From Lama glama (Eukaryota): DNA of 64,000 bases. Each line of letters begins with the position of its first letter. Within the stretch, counting starts at the first letter, position 1. Below are positions 50,298-62,439 of the stretch, piece after piece. The position numbers and the translations under genes are program-made. The notes beneath the pieces were generated by a model. It saw nothing but the letters and a program-made list of their open reading frames with translations, did not search any database and was not told the DNA's origin. The stretch spans positions 101,558,001 to 101,622,000 of the forward strand of contig CM052817.1 in the NCBI GenBank assembly GCA_028534125.1, written 5' to 3'.

Positions 50298-50351
50298 TTA
50301 CATTTGTTAATTCCTAATACATTTGTTAATTCCTAATCTTCCTCAATTCAG

Positions 50352-50881
50352 AAGCAGCTGCAAGAACTTTCTCGACACCTACGGCCCCTCGGATAAAGGC
50401 CGGGGGAAGAGCTGCCTGGCGGTCAGCGCCCCGCAGAGCAGGCTGCAGAACGCCCCGAAGAGGAGCCCGGCCACCTACGGCCACTCGCAGCGGAAGCACA
50501 AGTGCTCCGTGTACTACGGCCGACACAAGGCGGGCGCGGCCGGCGCGCGGGAGGACGCGTGCGCCGACGCGCTGGGGGACGGCTGGGCGGGCGCGGGCGC
50601 GGGCGCGGGCGGCGGCGGCCTGCACAAGCCCCTGGCGCTGCCCAAAGGCTGCCTGCACAAGGCCGGCGGCCACGCGCCCCCGGGCTGCCCCGCCAAGGAG
50701 GGGCCACCGGCGTGTATGTTTCCTAAGGAAACGGCCAGTAAAGGACCCGAGAACGCGGCCGCGCTCAGGGAGCGCGAGCCCTGTCCCCTGAAGCCCCCGA
50801 AGAAACTGCCCGAAAGTCATCTGCCGAGAAATCCACCTCAGTACCCGCCAGACCTGCCCGAAGTTTCCAGGAGAACTAACG
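50352..50881 (+). CDS. TMEM131L: TMEM131L exon 25 (GC-rich, divergent middle, cytoplasmic tail)
   Basis: attcag|...ACG|gtaacc; 530 nt, open in frame; SSCKNFLDTYGPSDKGRGK...PPDLPEVSRRTN. Confidence 0.95.
50370..50800. other. Exonic CpG island
   Basis: 50521-50700 has 150/180 G+C (83%) and dense CpG, against AT-rich introns. Confidence 0.9.
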
Positions 50882-51083
50882 GTAACCTTTGCATCCTCTC
50901 TGATGACTCTTGTCTCCTGCTTGGGGCCAGTCTGTTTTGAGTGGACTTTGTTCCCACCTGTGCCTTTAGGCTTAACGGTGGCGACTCAATTTCCAGTTCA
51001 CGCGCAAAGGCTTATGAGCAGAGGCGTAACTGTTGAAATACGGCCTGTAAGATGGAACGTTGAGGACGACGCACCAAGTTTTT

Positions 51084-51170
51084 CTTTTATTTTTTTTTAA
51101 CATTTTTTATTGATTTATAATCATTTTACAATGTTGTGTCAAATTCCAGTGTTCAGCACAATTTTTCAGT
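51084..51170 (-). mobile_element. Very short L1 3' end
   Basis: Near-identical to 49730-49792; TSD gcaccaa(g)ttttt. Confidence 0.8.
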
Positions 51171-52500
51171 GCACCAATTTTTAGAGTGTCGCGGTTGAGT
51201 TTACTTTTCCGTTTAGTACGTATGTTAGAATGATGGGAGTACCACGTTTTACTGTGAGCATCTACGGGCACCTATTCCTCATTATCTTTTTTTTGGCTTT
51301 CCAGACTATTTATATAAATCAATCAGCCCATCCCCCCAGATAGGGAAAAATCAGTCAGCCCATGAAATGTTTCTGACTGAACAAAACTTACTTTCTTACC
51401 GATTTACCAGCTGCCACCATCACCGGCTCCTTGTCCCTGTTTCTTCTCTAATTGTGTCCCTTGGTTAAAAGAAGACAGAAGTTCTCTTGTAGCAAACACA
51501 GTTAATAAAAATGCCAGCAAAACTAGACGGGGAGGCTTACTTCCATATCCATTTGTTGTTAGCTCTTTAATTGATCCCTCTGGCTCCTGGCATAAGAGCC
51601 TCTGCTTATATTTTCGCGTCCATCCTGACCATTTTAATAAGCGCATTTCTGTTCCTATTAAAAGTCACATCTTTGACAGTTTTTAATATGGAAGAATCAG
51701 TGATCTTTGATCTTATTTGAAATGTCTGAACATAAGTGATTTCGTATTTTTTACTTCTTGATATTGTAGAGAAGGTGGTAGATTGGCTGATTCTAATGAG
51801 CTTTATGGATTTAGTAGAGAAGAAACCAGACTGAATTGTACACGTTCCGTCAAGAGGACATTTCTACTTTAAAGAAAAGCCAGGGTCCCCTGAGTAGAGC
51901 ATGGATTGGGCCACTGTGCACGCATTCCTGGTACCCCTCGTTCCAGCCCTCTGTGCCATTTCCCTGGCCATAGTGCACGTGCTTGAATGGACTCCTGCTT
52001 GCAGGGTCAGCGCCATCCCCATGTCCCCTCCCCGTGGCGTGTGGGTATACCCCCCAGATGATGTACTCAACCCGGTCTCCAAGAAGTCAAAGCCTTCCTT
52101 GTCTGAGGGGGTTTATGGCGGGGCAGTGGGGACTTCCTCCCCCTTTTCTGTCACTCTCGACACTCTCTAGGGCCCAGGTTGCAAAGCTCTGTGAAAGGGC
52201 GAAATGATGGGGTGAGTCTGGTTGGACTTTCCTCTGGTTTTGTGTGTCCTTTAGGTCTGAGGACAGCATCTGACATAGGCTGACTTCACATCAACTTAAA
52301 ATCATAGATAGTTTGAGGGAATTTTGTCTGTCCAGGAGTGCTGCTTCTGTGGTCCATTGCATCCATCAGGTGTCTGGGAAAATGCACCTGCAGAGTGCAA
52401 AGGCAGTGGCATTGCGGACGGATGGATGGGAGGGGCCTTCTGCATCATAGTGCTTTGTTGTTGGTTTTTAATTGAACTATAGTTAGTTTACAATGTTGTG

Positions 52501-52631
52501 AAAAAAAATGTTAGGGAGGTGGCAGTAATTAGGTTTTATTTATTTATTTTTGATTGGAGGTACTGGAGATTGAACCCAGGACCTTGTGCATGCTAAGCAT
52601 GCGCTCTGCCACTGAGCGAGATCCTCCCATC
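52501..52631 (-). mobile_element. Vic-1-type SINE
   Basis: Head and tail match; preceded by a short L1 3' end at about 52465-52500. Confidence 0.85.
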
Positions 52632-53897
52632 CATAATTGCGCTCTGGAGGGCGTGGCCCAGCTGTATAGTGCCAGGGCAGGGCAGAGGATTTGATTTCAT
52701 GCTTCAAGGTCCTCTTGTCTGATGCTTGTGGCTTAATGCCTGTAATTGAGATTCAATGACCACGTCATATCCCATCACTTCAGCAAGTGTGACTAAATTT
52801 AATAAGGGAGCCAGTAAACACAGCGTTTGCTTGTAACATTGTAGATGGTGAACCTGCCCGGAATCTTTTCTTCCTGGGCAATGACTGGTATGCCTGTAAT
52901 GCTTTATGAAATGAAATGAATCTCTTGCTACAAGAACTTTTTAACAACTGCCTTTTGGCTGGCTCATCAGCATGTGAAGCAGTAGCAGGCTGGTTGCTGA
53001 TCAGATCAGATCAGAGTTGATGAAAGAACCCTGGCTTTCCACCACGGTCATACGAGCAGATGCAGAGGTGCTAATTCTCAGTCCTGTATTTGTCTCCAGA
53101 AGTCCTAAGTCAGCAGGAGGCTCCTCACAGGGAAATCCATTGACTGACAGGTATTTGGTTCTGACTGTCTTCTGTTTAGATGACTATTCTAGGAAAATAT
53201 CAGAGAGGTTAAAAAGTAAACAAATTGCCTGGCATCAAGTTAACCATTTAAACATTTTAAAGAGTTGAAAATTTAAAAAATAAGAACGGACTGAGAAATC
53301 TAGAGGAAGAAAATTGTAGTTTGCAGGTAGCAGACGCAGTTTTTTTGGTAAGATTAAGGGTGTTGGGTTCTTTTGTCGGATTTTGAAGGGAAGCGTCGTA
53401 ACAAACTGACAGGTGGTGACAGGCAGGGACCCCCAGTGCGCAGAACACGCAGGAATGAGAAAACCAAAAATGTAAGCACCTCCCGAGTCTCCACTTTCGA
53501 CTTTGAGCGTTAGTTCTTTCCTTATTTTGAAAAGGATTGCACTTTGTGAAAAGCTTGTCGTTTTTATATTGAGATCCTTTCTAGAGTCTGCAGTCTTGAG
53601 AGCTGAACTCAGCCCACTTGATGGTCTGGGAGCCTCTTCAGAACATCCTTTCACTCAGTGGAAACACTCAGTGTGTGTGCCACGTTGTGGCCATTTCCCC
53701 CAAAGTACGCAGATATTTTCAGAAACACTAGTGACAAGACCACCTTTGGGGAAGGGGTCAGGGAGGTGACCTGTCTCTTGAGTGGTGTCCCGAAGCTGTC
53801 AGAACCCCTGAAGGCACCTGAGGGATTGTGTCTTCTTTTACTGAGGCAGTTTTTTTCCCCGAGTGTAACTTACTGTGTGTGAAGAAAGCAGTTTACT

Positions 53898-54150
53898 TTT
53901 CAATTCAAGTATAGTCAGTTATAATGTGTCAATTTCTGGTGTACAGCATGCTTCAGTCACACATACACATACATATATTTGTTTTCATATTTTTCATCAT
54001 GGGTTACTAGAGGATATTGGATATAGTTCCCTGTGCTATACAGAAGAAACTTGTTTATCTATTTTATATATGGTAGTTAGTATCTGCAAATCTCAAACGC
54101 CCGATTTATCCCCCACCTCCCCCGGCCCCTCCTCACCGGTAACCATAAGA
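53898..54150 (-). mobile_element. L1 3' end
   Basis: aagtatagtcagt...gttccctgtgctatacagaagaaacttg...ggtaaccataag. Confidence 0.85.
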
Positions 54151-56299
54151 GGAAAATCTTCCAAGGTGTGTGTTAGTGGCTCTGGCTAGGTGCTCACCCT
54201 TGTCGGGGAGAAGCAGACTGTTTTCTGAACAATAGAAAATGTGTCATTCCTTTCTTCCCTGCTCTTTCTCCCATCTCCTTCTGAGAAGCCTGTAGTAAAT
54301 CATAAATTAAAATTCCCAACAATAAGGAAGGCTGTTGCCAGATTGCTCAGGGCTGTTTCACACTCTTGCTCTCCGCGTCAGCCTGTTGGACAGCTGTGAA
54401 GGGAGCTGCATCTTCCAGGCTTGTGTTCCGTGTCCAGGAGCCCCTTGATGTCCTGACAGGATCGCAGGGCTTTGTGTGTAGTGTAGATGATCTTCTGAAA
54501 TAGGTCTCTTTTCAGAGGTTTATAACTATTATTTTTTCATGATGTGATCAAAATAATAAAAACTTAGAGCTGAAGATAAAATTGCTACTGATCTCGGCAC
54601 TCTAAAAGAGGACCAGTCAGCATGTTTTCTGTTGTTTCTGCCTATGGTAAAATAAAGGATAATGAACTTTTAAGTTTCCTAATGCCCCAAAGCCTTGAAA
54701 TTAACAGTACGTGAAAGTGCTCACCAAATTAGATGGATACCTCCAAATGTTCTGAAATACAGTCTTTGCAGAAATTTAAAAAATCGTCTCATTCTCTTAT
54801 AGATACTAATAACTGGAAATAAAGACGTAGTGGTTTGTTGAGTGCGCCATGCCGTTAGGCTGGCTTCAGTAGGACTCTGAGCAGGATTCTGGTCAGTTCG
54901 CTTGTTCCTGTTCCATTTGTTTTTTGTCTTGTGGCTCAGACACTCCTCCTCCGAGGGATAAATGGAGGAAAGATGTGTAAGCAAGTGCTCTGAGTAAGCA
55001 GGCTTAGTAGGATGCCCTGGAATGGTTCTGCTTTTTAAAGGAAGTACATGTTCACAGCATTTCTAAATTCTTGAATATCGTCACGTTAGAATTTCTCAGA
55101 GACTTAACGAAGGACCTGTTATTTGAATTCATTTTGTGGTTTGCCCTGATTCTCAGCCCCACAACAGGCATTACTGATTTTCTCAGAGCCTGCTTTACCT
55201 CTTCTTGGGCATGGTTTAGTGTTGGATGTTAAATTTGGATCCTTCCTAAGAAGCTTTGATGACTCATGCCGAACTGAAGTGCTGTTCTTGACCTAAAGAA
55301 AATGCGAGGAAATCCGTTTTCCCATGAATTAAGACTCTGGGAAAGTTGTGGCACATTTTCTTGAGAATATCTGTGTTCTGTTCATACTGATGGCTTCCGG
55401 AATCCAAAGGGGTGTCTTAATTTCTGATTTCTTTTTCTGTTTGGACCCCGTCTCCCCTGCTCTTGGCTCTTTCCTGGGTTCCTTCATCGTGTTGGACGTT
55501 TTCCTCTGTGGGTGTCGAACGCCCAACACATGCGGGAGAGGAATTAACACTTCCCAGAATTTTTATAGTTATGTAACATTTATATAATTTTCTGTTAACC
55601 AAATGCAAGAGTGCTCACTTTATAAGTATTCTTTTTTAAACGTGTGTGTGTTGCCTCGAGTGAGTTGAGTTTGCAGCGTGAGGATTGCAGAGCTGGAGGG
55701 CACGGCCCGCCCCCTCGTGTCCGCAGCCGGCTCTGCTGCGGGGTCTTGGCGCTGGGGTCACCTCCGCTTTCTCAGGTGGCCAAGGTATCGTGAGGGAGTC
55801 TTAGTTAAAGAAAAAAGGAGAAGGTGTTGAAATACTTTCTGTTTCCTATGAGAGAGCTGAGGCCTGTTACCGTGGGGTTGAGGTTGACTTGACCTTATGT
55901 CGAAGTCAGGAATAGAAGAACAAATACGGATGAAATCACTTGAAAAGAATCTGGAAATATCACACTCATGATGTGGTTCCTACTGCGTGGTGACGTCGCG
56001 CCCAGAGCCCATCCCGCAGGCTGGCCCCGCTCCCGGGCAGGTGGACGCTGACCGCGGGAGAAGGCACTGCCCTCAGGAGGTTCATGTGTGAGATGGCTGT
56101 TACCCTCTGCATTTCTCTCTGTTCTGGTCACTTCTTTATAACAGACAGACAGGATAGGCAGAGATGGCGATAATTCATAAATAAGGAAACTGGGGCTCAG
56201 GCAGCTTAGAGACTGACTTTGATCCTCGCGCTGGTTAGTGCCTGAGTCATACCCAGAACCCAGGATCTCACCCCTCTCTCTCCCTCCCTCAACTTAAAA

Positions 56300-56835
56300 C
56301 AAATCGTGGTAAAATATACATAACATGAAAGTTCCCATTTTAAATGATAAAGCTCAGTGGCATGAACTGTTCACATCATTGTAGAACCATCACTGTCATC
56401 CATCTCTAGATGTTCTGATCACCCCAGACAGAAACTCTGTACCCATTACACAGTAATTACCCCTACTCCCTTCCCTGGCCCCTGCCATTCTACTTATCTC
56501 TATGAACTTGATGACTCTAGGTCCAAGTGGAATCACACAATATTTGTCTTGTCGTGACTGGCTTATTTCAACGAGCTTAATGTCTTCAGGGTTCGTCCAT
56601 GTTGTGGCCTGTGTCAGAATTTCATTCCTTTTTTTTTTTTCCATCTTAACCACTTGAGTGTACAGTTCAGTAATGTTAATTATATTCATATTGTAGTAGC
56701 ATGAATTATTCTTTTTTAAGGTGTTCCCTGGTACTTACCACGTTTTGTGTATCCATCCATTCGTCCACATACATTTGGGGGGTTCTGCCTTTTGGCTTTT
56801 ATGAATAATGCTGCTGTGAACAGTGGTGTGCCCCC
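56300..56835 (-). mobile_element. Older L1 (L1MB-like) 3' end
   Basis: gtggtaaaatatacataacatgaaa...cagaaactctgtacccatta; NEILTQATTWTNPEDIKL. Confidence 0.85.
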
Positions 56836-57061
56836 ATCATTCTTTCCTGGACCTCTTTTAATGGCTTTGTAGAACTCTTAATATTAAAAGTAAATTTTCA
56901 CCTGTAAACAAAATCAATTTCTTAGAGCATTATAGGTGTCAAAAACCTTAGGTTTAAATCTCATTAAATCAAACGAGATCATTTGGTGTAAGGAGATTTA
57001 ACTATGGGGAACACAAATGGAAATCATCAGCTAGAAATTGAATCATTTTTATTTATTCAAG

Positions 57062-57210
57062 GGAATAACCAGCAAGTGCCTGTCAAGAATGAAGCAGACA
57101 ATTGTGAAACTTTGAAAAAGGTTGACACAAAGTCTTCTTCAGAAAAGAAGATTCACAAAGCATCTAAAGAAGACATGTGTTCTGAGAAACAGGACATACC
57201 TTCAGTCGAG
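57062..57210 (+). CDS. TMEM131L: TMEM131L exon 26
   Basis: ttcaag|...GAG|gtttgt; 149 nt; [50 protein letters not shown]. Confidence 0.95.
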
Positions 57211-57899
57211 GTTTGTATTTCTTTTCTTCTTGCCTATTAGAATTAAACCTATTTTTAGGGCTTAGCGTACGAATATCTGTGTGGTAACTGTACATCTATA
57301 TTTCATACTTTTCGAAGGAGATAGCTATATATTTGAATTTACATTGATGATTAAGGTTGATATGTTCAGAGAGTTTGTCTTCTAATTATACAAGAGATGC
57401 TAAAATAATTTTTAGTGACATCAGATAGCTTTTACTCTCAAGGAAGCTGTTCTTAGGCAAATGGTTTAACTCCTGGGTAAAGATGCTAGAATAGAACCAG
57501 GGCACATATCCAGCATCCATTTTTAGAGCATAATCTTTCTGAGTTAGAAGCATAAGCTTTTACATAAGCAGCCCCAGGAGGGAGATGCCTTTCTTGCTCT
57601 GGTGTGTGGGCTCTAGTGTGACAGAATCCCAGAAGAGAGGGCAGAGCTTGTACCGATCCAGCTAGCTCTTTCCCTTCCCACCAGTGCGGGCTCCTGCAGA
57701 GTGTCTAGAAAGCAGAACTCATCTCTGTATCTCACAGGGGAAACTACAGTTCTCAGATAAAGGTGGGCAAGGGATTTAGGAGAGTTATCTACTTTAGATC
57801 AGAACAAAGAAATCTGTGTATTAGCACAAGCATAGTGAAAAAAATACACAGATAGACTGTAGTAAAAATGAAGGAAAGGAATAAAACATATAGAAGAAA

Positions 57900-58760
57900 G
57901 ATGGAGACCCCAATCTGGAAGGAAGCATATCCAGAGACCTGAAGGAAACTGAGAATACGTCACACTATAGACTATGAATTCAATAAAATAAGAGTCTTTA
58001 GAGGCAAATTAATATGCTAGGATGAGGTTGAAAGAGGTATTATAAAGCTCAGTCAATACATGTAGACATTACGTTACATGTGCAGTGGCCGAAAATTGGC
58101 TTATTGACCTGAAGAAAAGGCTTTGAGATCATCAGAGTGAATGTGTAGGGAAAAACTTGAGAGACTGAAGATTTTGGAGAAAAGGTGATGATAGATACGG
58201 ATACAAAGACAAAACAGCCCAAGGTAAGAAGGATGGTTGTCTAAGTCAATGGCCCAAAAATGGATCAGAAAAGTATTTAGAGATGTAATAGAAGAAAATT
58301 TTCCTGATGTGCGGGAAGAACTGAATTTAAAGATCCAAAGGGCACACCGTGCACACCAGGAAAAGTGGATGGACCTGGGCACATCCTAGTTAAAGTGTTC
58401 GACTTAAAGCTTAAAGAAGGGGACAGGGTATAGCTCAGTGGTAGAGCGTGTGCCTGGAGTGCATGAGGTCCTGGGTTCAATCCCTAGTACCTCCGTTAAA
58501 AAAACAAAAGCTTAAAGAATTGTGCAGGAGAGGCAGGAAGATCAAAAACACACACACTTAAGCCTGCCTCAGACTTTGGAGAAACATCTAAAGCCAGAGA
58601 ATAGGGGAACAGTACCATTTAGAGAAAGATGAAAATATGAACCAGAATATTGTGTCCAGCAAGCTGACACCCAGGCACGAAGGCAACAGGATAATTCCCT
58701 AAACACAAATGAACTCAGGAGCCTTCCTCCAAAAATGAAGTTAATGAAACTTAGCCAACT
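57900..58760 (+). mobile_element. Degraded L1 ORF1 / HAL1-like remnant
   Basis: KVFRDVIEENFPDVREELNLKIQRAHR...HILVK resembles the ORF1p RRM region; no ORF2 follows. Confidence 0.75.
58419..58506 (+). mobile_element. Vic-1-type SINE inserted into an L1 ORF1-like remnant
   Basis: Perfect TSD aaagcttaaagaa at 58406-58418 and 58507-58519. Confidence 0.92.
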
Positions 58761-59191
58761 AAGGTAGACCTAAAGACAGAGAGCCAGGATTGAGGAAGCC
58801 GTGATAAAGGTCTGTTGTTGAGGTTTCTGTCCACTTTATATCCAGACTAAGACCTGATAGTTATGACTGCAGCCCAGATCGCAAATGTTAAAACCTTAAC
58901 AAAGCAAAAATAATAATAAAATCTGCAAAAACAGGAGGTGAAAGGTAGGTGAAAGTAAGTTTTAATTTTTTATTTTTCTTGGTAGAGAGCTAGTACTGTG
59001 CAAAACTGAAACGTGTAGTTTAATTAAAAGGGTGAAAACCTGCAAAAATACCTTTCACTATCCTTTTCTTAACCTTAGAGAGATCCTTAAGGAATTAATA
59101 TATTGTGGAGGAAACACAGTTATTTGAAAGTTAGTAATTCCTTTGGTTCTACTTCAGTTTCTTCTGTTAAGTTCAGATAAAACTGAGCCTT

Positions 59192-59572
59192 AATTTTTTT
59201 TTTATTGAAGTACAGTCGGTTTAAAATGTTGTATTAATTTTTGATGTACAGCATAATGATTCAGTTGTACGTACATATATTCCTTTTCATATTCTTTTTC
59301 ATTATAGGTTTATTAAATGATATTGAATATAGTTCCCTGTGCTATACAGTAGAACCTTGTTGTTTATTTTACATGTAGTATTTGTATCTGCATATCCTGA
59401 ACTCCCAGTTTATCCCTTCCCTCCTCTCTGTCTTCCCCTTGGTAACCAAAAGTATTTTTTCTCTGTGAGCCTGTTTCTGTTTTGTAAATAAGTTCATTTG
59501 AGTCATTTTTTTTTTAGATTCCAAATATAAGTGATATAAGTGATAACATATGATATTTTTCTTTGTCTTTCT
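59192..59572 (-). mobile_element. L1 3' end
   Basis: ttattgaagtacagtc...gaatatagttccctgtgctatacagtag...ttttagattcca. Confidence 0.88.
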
Positions 59573-60829
59573 AAGGCTTAAACTTATATTTAAAAGCAAT
59601 ACATGGCCCTGGTGTTGTAAATTATTCCCATCATCTGTCTTGCCTTCCTTACGTGTGTAAAAGTTCACAAAAATATAGTAAAAAATAAGGTTTGGGAGAA
59701 TAACCTGGTTATTTCAGAGTGGTAGGATTTTACATGATTTTTTTTTCTCTTTCTTTAAATGACTGTTTTTGCTTAAACTCTGTCATGTAAGTAAGTGAAG
59801 TGAGAATGATGAGAAAATCACGGACAATCCCAACTAGGAATCTGCAGCCTGCTGAGAAAGACAGGGCATTCCCACATAGTCACGTGCTAAAATCAGTCCA
59901 CCGTGGAGGTGGTGTCGGACGGGAGATGCCCATCTAGCCTGCAGCAGCCGCGGGCATTCCCCGGAGGAGGCAGGCACTTGTGCAGGTGGAGGGAGGAAAG
60001 GCAGGGCAGGGGACGGGAGCAGTAAGGGAATCTTCTGACGAGAAGAAGCTCAGGACGGGGAGTAGGGGGAGTCGGCGTCCTGCCAGGGGGCCAGGGCCCT
60101 CGCGTGCCAAGTCCAAGTTTGGCCTTTATTCCCTGCATCTCAGTTGGGAACAGAATGAAGTAAGTGAGCGATAAGCAACAGGAAAGGATGGTCGCCTGCT
60201 GAGGAGTTTTGGGATCGAATTTTTAAAGGCACATTGGTTCACACAGAAAGTCTTTTTGGAGTTCTTGGCCTGAGGGTGGCCAGCCTAGGGGCCCTGCTGC
60301 AAATCATTGAGAGCTATTGAAGGTTCCTGAACTTGGGCGGCTGGGGAGAGGGTGGATAACAAATGAGAAGCCACCTGCAGGCTGCGATCTTTTTGCAGGT
60401 TGTCATTGAGTGTCTCTCAATTCAGTTTCACCGAGGCGGGCAGAAGGCTTGTTATAAAGAGCTCTTGCACTGGTTTAGTAAGTGCTGGAGTGAACATGTG
60501 AATTGTGTCTCTGAAGGGTTAGTCTGCGTGTTTTGGAGGCTGGGCTGGGGAGGGCACACATGGGCAGCAGCCCTCTTGTAACCAGGCTCTTCCTCTGCTG
60601 GGGGTGTGATGCAGTCAAGACCGTATCTGGGCGGGAGCCGGCGTAACCCATGGGGAGAGCAGGGGGAGAGACAGAAGAAGAACCAGCAGGACTTCTTAGT
60701 GCCTCACTACATAAAGGACAGGACCAGTTTTTCTGACAGAGCCGTTTGTAAAAATAACGGTTTTAAGTCTGGGTAACTAGAAGGTGGAGAATTGGGATTT
60801 ACGTGGTAAGTTCATTTTTATGTCTGTCA

Positions 60830-61040
60830 AGGCAGTGTTGCTTCGAGGTTAAGAGCATAGACTTTGCAGTCAGACTTCTTGAGTGTGAATCCAGCATGAC
60901 ACTTACTCCTTTACCTTGGCTGAGCTACTCAGCATCGCTGTTCCCTCATCTGAAACGTGAGGGTAATGACAGCATGCGGACCTCATAGGGTCAGGGGAGT
61001 TGGCTGAGTGAGTGTCAGTGCTGAGAATAGCAGCACCTGC
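60830..61040 (+). mobile_element. MIR remnant
   Basis: ggttaagagcatagactttgcagtcagac...tgaatccagc...cctcatctgaaa...cctcatagggt. Confidence 0.65.
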
Positions 61041-62439
61041 AAGTACCGCCCAGTGGCAAGAACCACGGGAGTGACAGGTCTTGACTGATCATCGCCAACA
61101 GAGAGGGGCGGCCGGAATGGGACCCCGGGAGTCCTGGTTGCGGGATCTGTGGAGCCAGCACCTTCCATGGCGAGGCAGGCCTGGTGTCCTAGACTCGGGA
61201 GTTGTCCCCGTGGTGGTTAGAAGGGGGGGTGGGGTGATGGGCATTCTCCAACACGTGTACAGAGATCAGGATTGCAGACGGCTTGATGGGGCACATACAG
61301 CAGAGGGCCGGCCAGCTCGCCGAGCCCCGGAGGCAGAAGTCAAGCCATGCATTTGATGGAGGAGGACATGAGGTCATGAGTGGAAACTTCCATGGTCCAC
61401 TGCAGTGAGATAGAAGCTGAAGCTGAGATGGGCAGGCCTGTTGGCCCCACAGCCCTGTGTCCTGGAGGAGAGGTGGGCGCTCATCGCTCCAGGCCCCTCG
61501 GTCTGCTGGCAGTCAGATGGTGCCCTGCCTGCCACACGTGGGGTGTGGGGCCCCCATCTCAGACTCTGCCGCCAGCCCCAGCTCTCCCCCAGCTCCTGTG
61601 CCAGACTTGCCCCGTCCGCATGTGCCCTTGGCTGTGGCCCTGCTCTCACTTGGGGCATCCTCTCCCCGGTGTGTCCTCACAGTCAGGTCTCGGGGAGCAC
61701 GAGCCGTGTCTTTATCTCGGTCTGCAGAGCCCAGACACTTCCTTGACACGGTCCCAAGGGTTGTGTAAGTTCCTCCCTCCTTTCCTGATCTGTGAGCCTG
61801 GGCAGGACAGACATCTGGCCTGAGTGGGGGCTGCCGGCGTGGCAGTGGGGATGCAAGGGGTCCAAGGATGCAGCGGGTCTGGGGGACTCGGGCTGTGCTG
61901 GGTGGTCCTCGGCTCCTCGCAGTGACCGGAGTGGGTTTTCTGGTTGCGGCCTGGTCAGTCATTCCTTTGCTGTCTCTGTGACTCACTCTCAGAGTTCCGT
62001 AGAACTCTTCCTTAAAACCCCCTGAGTGTACTTTCCATTTCATTGTTCATTTGGAGAAAATCATTCTCAATAAACACATTCCCAAGTGCAGGGCTCAGTG
62101 TTTGTTTTTCTTGTACATTCTTGGGGCCTAACTTTGCAGCTAAGAAAATTGTATAAATCTGTCTGTAGCACATGGGGAACATTCTTCTAGATTTATTGGC
62201 AAAGGAGGTTGGAACCCACATTTGGGAGCCACAAACTAAATTTTAATCCCAGCACTGGCTGTTTATTTTCTTTTAAGCAGATCTTTTTCTTTTTTCTTTT
62301 TCCCTTAGAAAAGGAATTCATGATTATTATGAAAGCATAAAGGAAGGAGGGAAAGATCTGTCCAAAATGGACTCCTTTTTGCATTCTTCCTGTGTTCTCT
62401 TCCTTCTCTGAGCAGGTGTTTAAAAACTCAGGGTCCTTT

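Noticed and set aside
50326..50820. 164-aa antisense ORF and other overlapping ORFs over exon 25
   Set aside because: Expected from stop-codon depletion at about 80% GC; no independent support
52760..52767. CCACGTCA (reverse of the UPRE-like TGACGTGG)
   Set aside because: A single 8-mer in 64 kb is not beyond chance without conservation data
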